From the NCBI GenBank assembly GCA_963770895.1, contig CAVYRF010000002.1:3744001-3808000 (forward strand): DNA of 64,000 nucleotides, given 5' to 3'. The notes beneath the pieces are model-generated. The model did not search any database. It had not been told where the DNA came from and was given only the letters and a program-made list of their open reading frames with translations. Each line of letters begins with the position of its first letter. Position 1 is the stretch's first letter. This DNA comes from an uncultured Acidobacteriota bacterium. Lineage in GTDB: Bacteria > Acidobacteriota > Thermoanaerobaculia > Multivoradales > UBA5704. The translations under genes were made by a program, and so were the position numbers. This document shows positions 60,373-64,000 of the stretch, one piece after another.

Positions 60373-60445
60373 GGAGGGCGGGCTTGCCGATCTGCTAAAC
60401 TCCCGCCCCGATGGCGCGCTCCAGCGGGCGCGCCAACCGTCGACC

Positions 60446-61828
60446 ATGGCCGAATCCGACCTCCGACCCCCTCACTCGCGGGTGGGGATGATCAGCCTTG
60501 GCTGTGCCAAGAACCTGGTGGACAGCGAGATCATGCTCGGCGAGCTGGCGCGCCAGGGCTACCAGGTGTCGGCCGAGCTGGAGCAGGCGGAAACGGTGGT
60601 GATCAACACCTGCGCCTTCATCGAGGAGGCGAAGCAGGAATCGATCGACACCATCCTGGAAGTGGTGGGCCGCAAGGGACAGGGCGGCGTCAAGCGGGTG
60701 CTGGTGGCCGGCTGCATGGTCAACCGCTACGGCGACGAGCTGGCGCGCGAAATCCCCGAGATCGACGGCTTCGTCGGTCTGGACCAGCTGCGCGACGTGG
60801 GCCGGCTGGTCGAGCTGGGCGGCGGGCCGCCGCTGCCGGCGCCGTCGCACCTGGTCTTCGACCATACGGCGCCGCGGCTGCTCACCACGCGCGGCCACGC
60901 GTATCTGAAGGTGGCCGAGGGGTGCAACAACCCCTGTACGTTTTGCGCCATCCCCATCTGGCGCGGCCGCTTCCGCAGCCGCACGGTGGAGAGCCTGGTC
61001 GCCGAGGCGCAGCAGCTCGAAGCGCAGGGCGTCCTTGAGCTCAACCTGATCGCGCAGGACACCACCCGCTACGGCGAAGACCTGGGGATGCGCCGGCATG
61101 GGCTGCTGCGCCTGGTCGAGGCGCTGCTGGCCGGCACCTCGATCCCCTGGATCCGCTTCCTGTACGCCTATCCGACCACCCTGGACGCGGACCTGCTGCG
61201 GCTGATGGGCGGCGAGCCGCGCTTCTGCTCCTACCTGGACATGCCGCTGCAGCACTCGCACGGCGACATGCTGAGCGCCATGCGGCGCGGCGGCGACGCG
61301 GCGCGCTACCTGCGGCTGCTGGACCTGGCGCGCCAGCTGGTGCCAGACATCGCCCTGCGCTCGACCTTCATCGTCGGCTTTCCGGGCGAAACGGAAGAGC
61401 ATTTCCGGGACCTGGTGGCCTTTGTCGAGCGGGCGCGCTTCGACCACCTGGGCGCCTTCGCCTACAGCCCCGAGCCCGGCACTCCCAGCGCCGAGCTGGG
61501 CGACCGCGTTCCCCGCCACGTGGCCCGGCGCCGGCTGCGCCAGCTGCTTGCCGCGCAGCGGCCGATCGCGCTCGCGGCGCGCCGCCGCCTGTTGGGCCGG
61601 CGGCTGCCCGCCCTGGTCGAGGGGCCGAGCGCCGAAAGCGAGCACCTGCTGGCGGCACGGCTGCAAGGGATGGCGCCTGAGATCGACGGCCAGCTGTTGA
61701 TCAACGACGCTGCCGAGGGCGGCCTGACGGGCACCGGGTCCGGTCCGGTGCTGGCAACGGTCGAGATCACCGAGGCATATCCCAACGACCTGGTCGGCCG
61801 GATCGTGGCCGCTGAGCCGGCGAGCTAG
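60446..61828 (+). CDS. rimO: Ribosomal protein S12 methylthiotransferase
   Basis: SLGCAKNLVDSE, NTCAFIEEAKQES, YLKVAEGCNNPCTFCAIP, IAQDTT.YG, YLDMPLQH, APEIDG. Confidence 0.95.
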   Translation: MAESDLRPPHSRVGMISLGCAKNLVDSEIMLGELARQGYQVSAELEQAETVVINTCAFIEEAKQESIDTILEVVGRKGQGGVKRVLVAGCMVNRYGDELAREIPEIDGFVGLDQLRDVGRLVELGGGPPLPAPSHLVFDHTAPRLLTTRGHAYLKVAEGCNNPCTFCAIPIWRGRFRSRTVESLVAEAQQLEAQGVLELNLIAQDTTRYGEDLGMRRHGLLRLVEALLAGTSIPWIRFLYAYPTTLDADLLRLMGGEPRFCSYLDMPLQHSHGDMLSAMRRGGDAARYLRLLDLARQLVPDIALRSTFIVGFPGETEEHFRDLVAFVERARFDHLGAFAYSPEPGTPSAELGDRVPRHVARRRLRQLLAAQRPIALAARRRLLGRRLPALVEGPSAESEHLLAARLQGMAPEIDGQLLINDAAEGGLTGTGSGPVLATVEITEAYPNDLVGRIVAAEPAS

Positions 61829-61849
61829 CGAGCTATCGCGCCACCCGCC

Positions 61850-62815
61850 ATGCTCGTCATTCAAGACGCTTACGAAAGCAGCGACCTGCCGCAGGGCGGC
61901 GTGGTCGCGATCGGCAACTTCGACGGCGTGCACCGCGGGCAGCGCGCCCTGCTCGACCGGGTGGCGGCGCGGGCGCGGGAGCTGCAGGCGCCGGCCCTGG
62001 CGGTGACGTTCGATCCGCACCCCCTGGCGGTGTTGCGCCCTGAAGACACGCCGCTCGCCATCACCACGCCGGCGCAAAAGGAGCGGCTGCTGGCGCAGGC
62101 CGGCATCACCGTGCTGCTGGTGGTGCGCTTCAGCCAGGAGTTTGCGCGCACGCCGGCGCGGCGCTTCGTGCGCGAGTTCCTGGCGGAGCGGCTGGCGGTG
62201 CGCGAAGCCTACGTCGGCGACAGCTTCACCTTCGGCCACGCTCGCGAGGGCGACCTGCGGCTGCTCACCACCCTTGGCGCCGAGCTGGGCTTTGTGGCGG
62301 CCGGCATCGACGAGGTGATGCTGCGCGGCGAGCGGATCTCCAGCACGCGCATCCGCCGCGCCATCGCCCTTGGGCGGGTCGAAGAGGCGGCCGAGATGCT
62401 GGGGCGCGCCTATTGCATAACCGGACAGGTGGTGCGCGGCGACCGCATGGGCCAAAAACTGGGCTGGCCCACCATCAACCTGGCGGCGGACCACAAGCTG
62501 CTGCCGGCCGACGGGGTGTACGCCAGCAGGGTGCTGCTGCCTAGCTTTCCGACCAGCTTCGCCAGCGCCACCAACGTGGGGACGCGCCCCACGGTGTATG
62601 AGAACTATCAGCGCGTGGTGGAAAGTCACATCCTCGACTTCAAGGCCGACGTGTACGGTCAGCACGTCGAGGTGGGCTTTCACAAGCGCTTGCGGGAAGA
62701 GCGGATCTTTCCGACGGTGATGGATCTTGCGGCGCAGATCGGGCGCGACGTCGACGCCGCGCGTGACTATTTCAGCCGCCGGCGGCAGGAACAAGACAAC
62801 CCGCCAGCCGGTTAA
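61850..62815 (+). CDS. ribF: Bifunctional riboflavin kinase/FAD synthetase
   Basis: IGNFDGVHRGQ, TFDPHP, ISSTRIR, LGWPTIN, NVGTRPT, ESHILDF. Confidence 0.96.
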   Translation: MLVIQDAYESSDLPQGGVVAIGNFDGVHRGQRALLDRVAARARELQAPALAVTFDPHPLAVLRPEDTPLAITTPAQKERLLAQAGITVLLVVRFSQEFARTPARRFVREFLAERLAVREAYVGDSFTFGHAREGDLRLLTTLGAELGFVAAGIDEVMLRGERISSTRIRRAIALGRVEEAAEMLGRAYCITGQVVRGDRMGQKLGWPTINLAADHKLLPADGVYASRVLLPSFPTSFASATNVGTRPTVYENYQRVVESHILDFKADVYGQHVEVGFHKRLREERIFPTVMDLAAQIGRDVDAARDYFSRRRQEQDNPPAG

Positions 62816-62838
62816 TCAGGGATGGAGGCTCCAAAACC

Positions 62839-63168
62839 ATGTCCAGCGACAAGATCGTTACGGTGAGCGACGCAACCTTCGAAAAGGAAGTGCTCAACTC
62901 TGAGACGCCGGTGCTGGTGGACTTTTGGGCGACGTGGTGCGGCCCCTGCCGGATGGTGGCGCCGCTGCTCGAAGAGATCGCCGAAGAGATGGACGGCAAG
63001 GTGCGCATCGCCAAGCTGAACGTCGACGAAAACCAGCAGACGGCCTACCAGTTCCAGGTATCCAGCATCCCCACGTTCATCCTGTTCAAGGGCGGCGAGC
63101 TGGCGGACCGCACCCTGGGCGCGATGTCGAAGTCGGCGTTCAGCAGCTTCATCAGCCGCAACCTGTAA
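62839..63168 (+). CDS. trxA: Thioredoxin
   Basis: VLVDFWATWCGPCRM, KLNVDEN, SIPT. Confidence 0.97.
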   Translation: MSSDKIVTVSDATFEKEVLNSETPVLVDFWATWCGPCRMVAPLLEEIAEEMDGKVRIAKLNVDENQQTAYQFQVSSIPTFILFKGGELADRTLGAMSKSAFSSFISRNL

Positions 63169-63236
63169 AGCCGCAGCGGCAACGCACCACTGCCCGCGAC
63201 CTGGCGACCCCGCGATCCCATCGTTCACCCCGGCCC

Positions 63237-64000
63237 ATGCCATCAGCCACGACCGAACCCAGAGCGGTGGAGCTGTCCGCCGCTCTGGGTGAGCTCGACT
63301 GCCAGGCGCTGCTGGTGGTGGCGGAGTCGGCGGGCGACCCCGACCTGGCCGCGTGGCTGGCGGTGCCGGCCCATCTGGGCGCGAGCGTCCTGGTGGCGCC
63401 GCGCGACGGGCCGGCGCGGCTGGCCTACCTGACCGACATGGAACGCGACGAGGCCGCGGCGACGGGCCTGCCGCTGATCACCCCCCAGGAACTGGAGATC
63501 CTGCGCGCCCTGCGCGAGGCGCCGCAGGCGCACGACTATCTGGCGTGGGTCATGGCCCGCGCCCTGGCGGCGGCCGGCGTCGCGCCGGGGCGGGTGGCGC
63601 TGGCCGGGCGGATGCCGGCGGGAGAGATCAGCGCCGCCTGCGCCGCCCTGGCCGCCCAGGGCTGGGTGTGGGTGCCTGGCAACAGCCTCATGCGGCAGGT
63701 GCGCAAGCGCAAGACCGCGACGGAGCTGGCCGCCGTCCGCCTGGCGGCGGCGGCGGCCGTGACCGCCCAGCGCGCCGTCGCCGCGGCGCTGGCGGCGGCC
63801 ACCGGCAAGCCGCCGCAGGGCGGTCTGCCGGCGGCGGGCGGCGAGCTGTGGCTGGGCGGCGAGCGGCTGACGATCGGCCGCCTGCGCGGTGCGGCGTCGG
63901 CGGTGTTCGCAGCCCATGGCATGGAGCAGCCGCGCGGCAATATCGTCGCGGCCGGCGACCAGGGAGGGGTGCCGCATTCGGCCGGCGACGACGCACGCGT
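63237..64000 (+). CDS. M24 (Xaa-Pro) peptidase family protein, 3' truncated by window
   Basis: translated from the sequence (absent from ORF track): MPSATTEPR...VRKRKTATELAAVR...NIVAAGDQGGVPH. Confidence 0.75.
   Translation, partial: MPSATTEPRAVELSAALGELDCQALLVVAESAGDPDLAAWLAVPAHLGASVLVAPRDGPARLAYLTDMERDEAAATGLPLITPQELEILRALREAPQAHDYLAWVMARALAAAGVAPGRVALAGRMPAGEISAACAALAAQGWVWVPGNSLMRQVRKRKTATELAAVRLAAAAAVTAQRAVAAALAAATGKPPQGGLPAAGGELWLGGERLTIGRLRGAASAVFAAHGMEQPRGNIVAAGDQGGVPHSAGDDAR

Overview
GC-rich bacterial chromosomal window. An Acidobacteriota origin (probably Thermoanaerobaculia-like) is inferred from duplicated MacB/ADOP permeases with PadR, an ECF sigma-Ser/Thr kinase pair and an expanded TPR-like family. 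It opens with the last carrier domain of an NRPS/PKS gene. An accessory region follows (about 6-48 kb) with GH127, Qor, three related TPR-like proteins, an SGNH hydrolase, vapBC, EgtB, a CDF transporter, a GATase plus PGM1-like ATP-grasp pair, a Ku/ligase NHEJ locus, the ECF/STK pair and a KirBac channel. It ends in housekeeping genes (recO, glyQS, ppdK, mutL, rimO, ribF, trxA, M24 peptidase) with an inserted MNT-HEPN module. Best candidates for new biology: (1) a split lanthipeptide synthetase, made of a stand-alone HopA1-like lyase coupled to an RRE-kinase-LanC(CCG) fusion at 43.9-48.2 kb with no adjacent precursor, plus an orphan double-Gly, Cys/Ser/Thr-rich precursor about 34 kb away (9561-9743); (2) a Zn-finger/TPR protein followed by a small secreted peptide ending in DPNGG, resembling an RRNPP-like receptor/peptide pair. 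No rRNA, tRNA, CRISPR array or transposase was recognised. All calls come from visual motif recognition; no searches were run.
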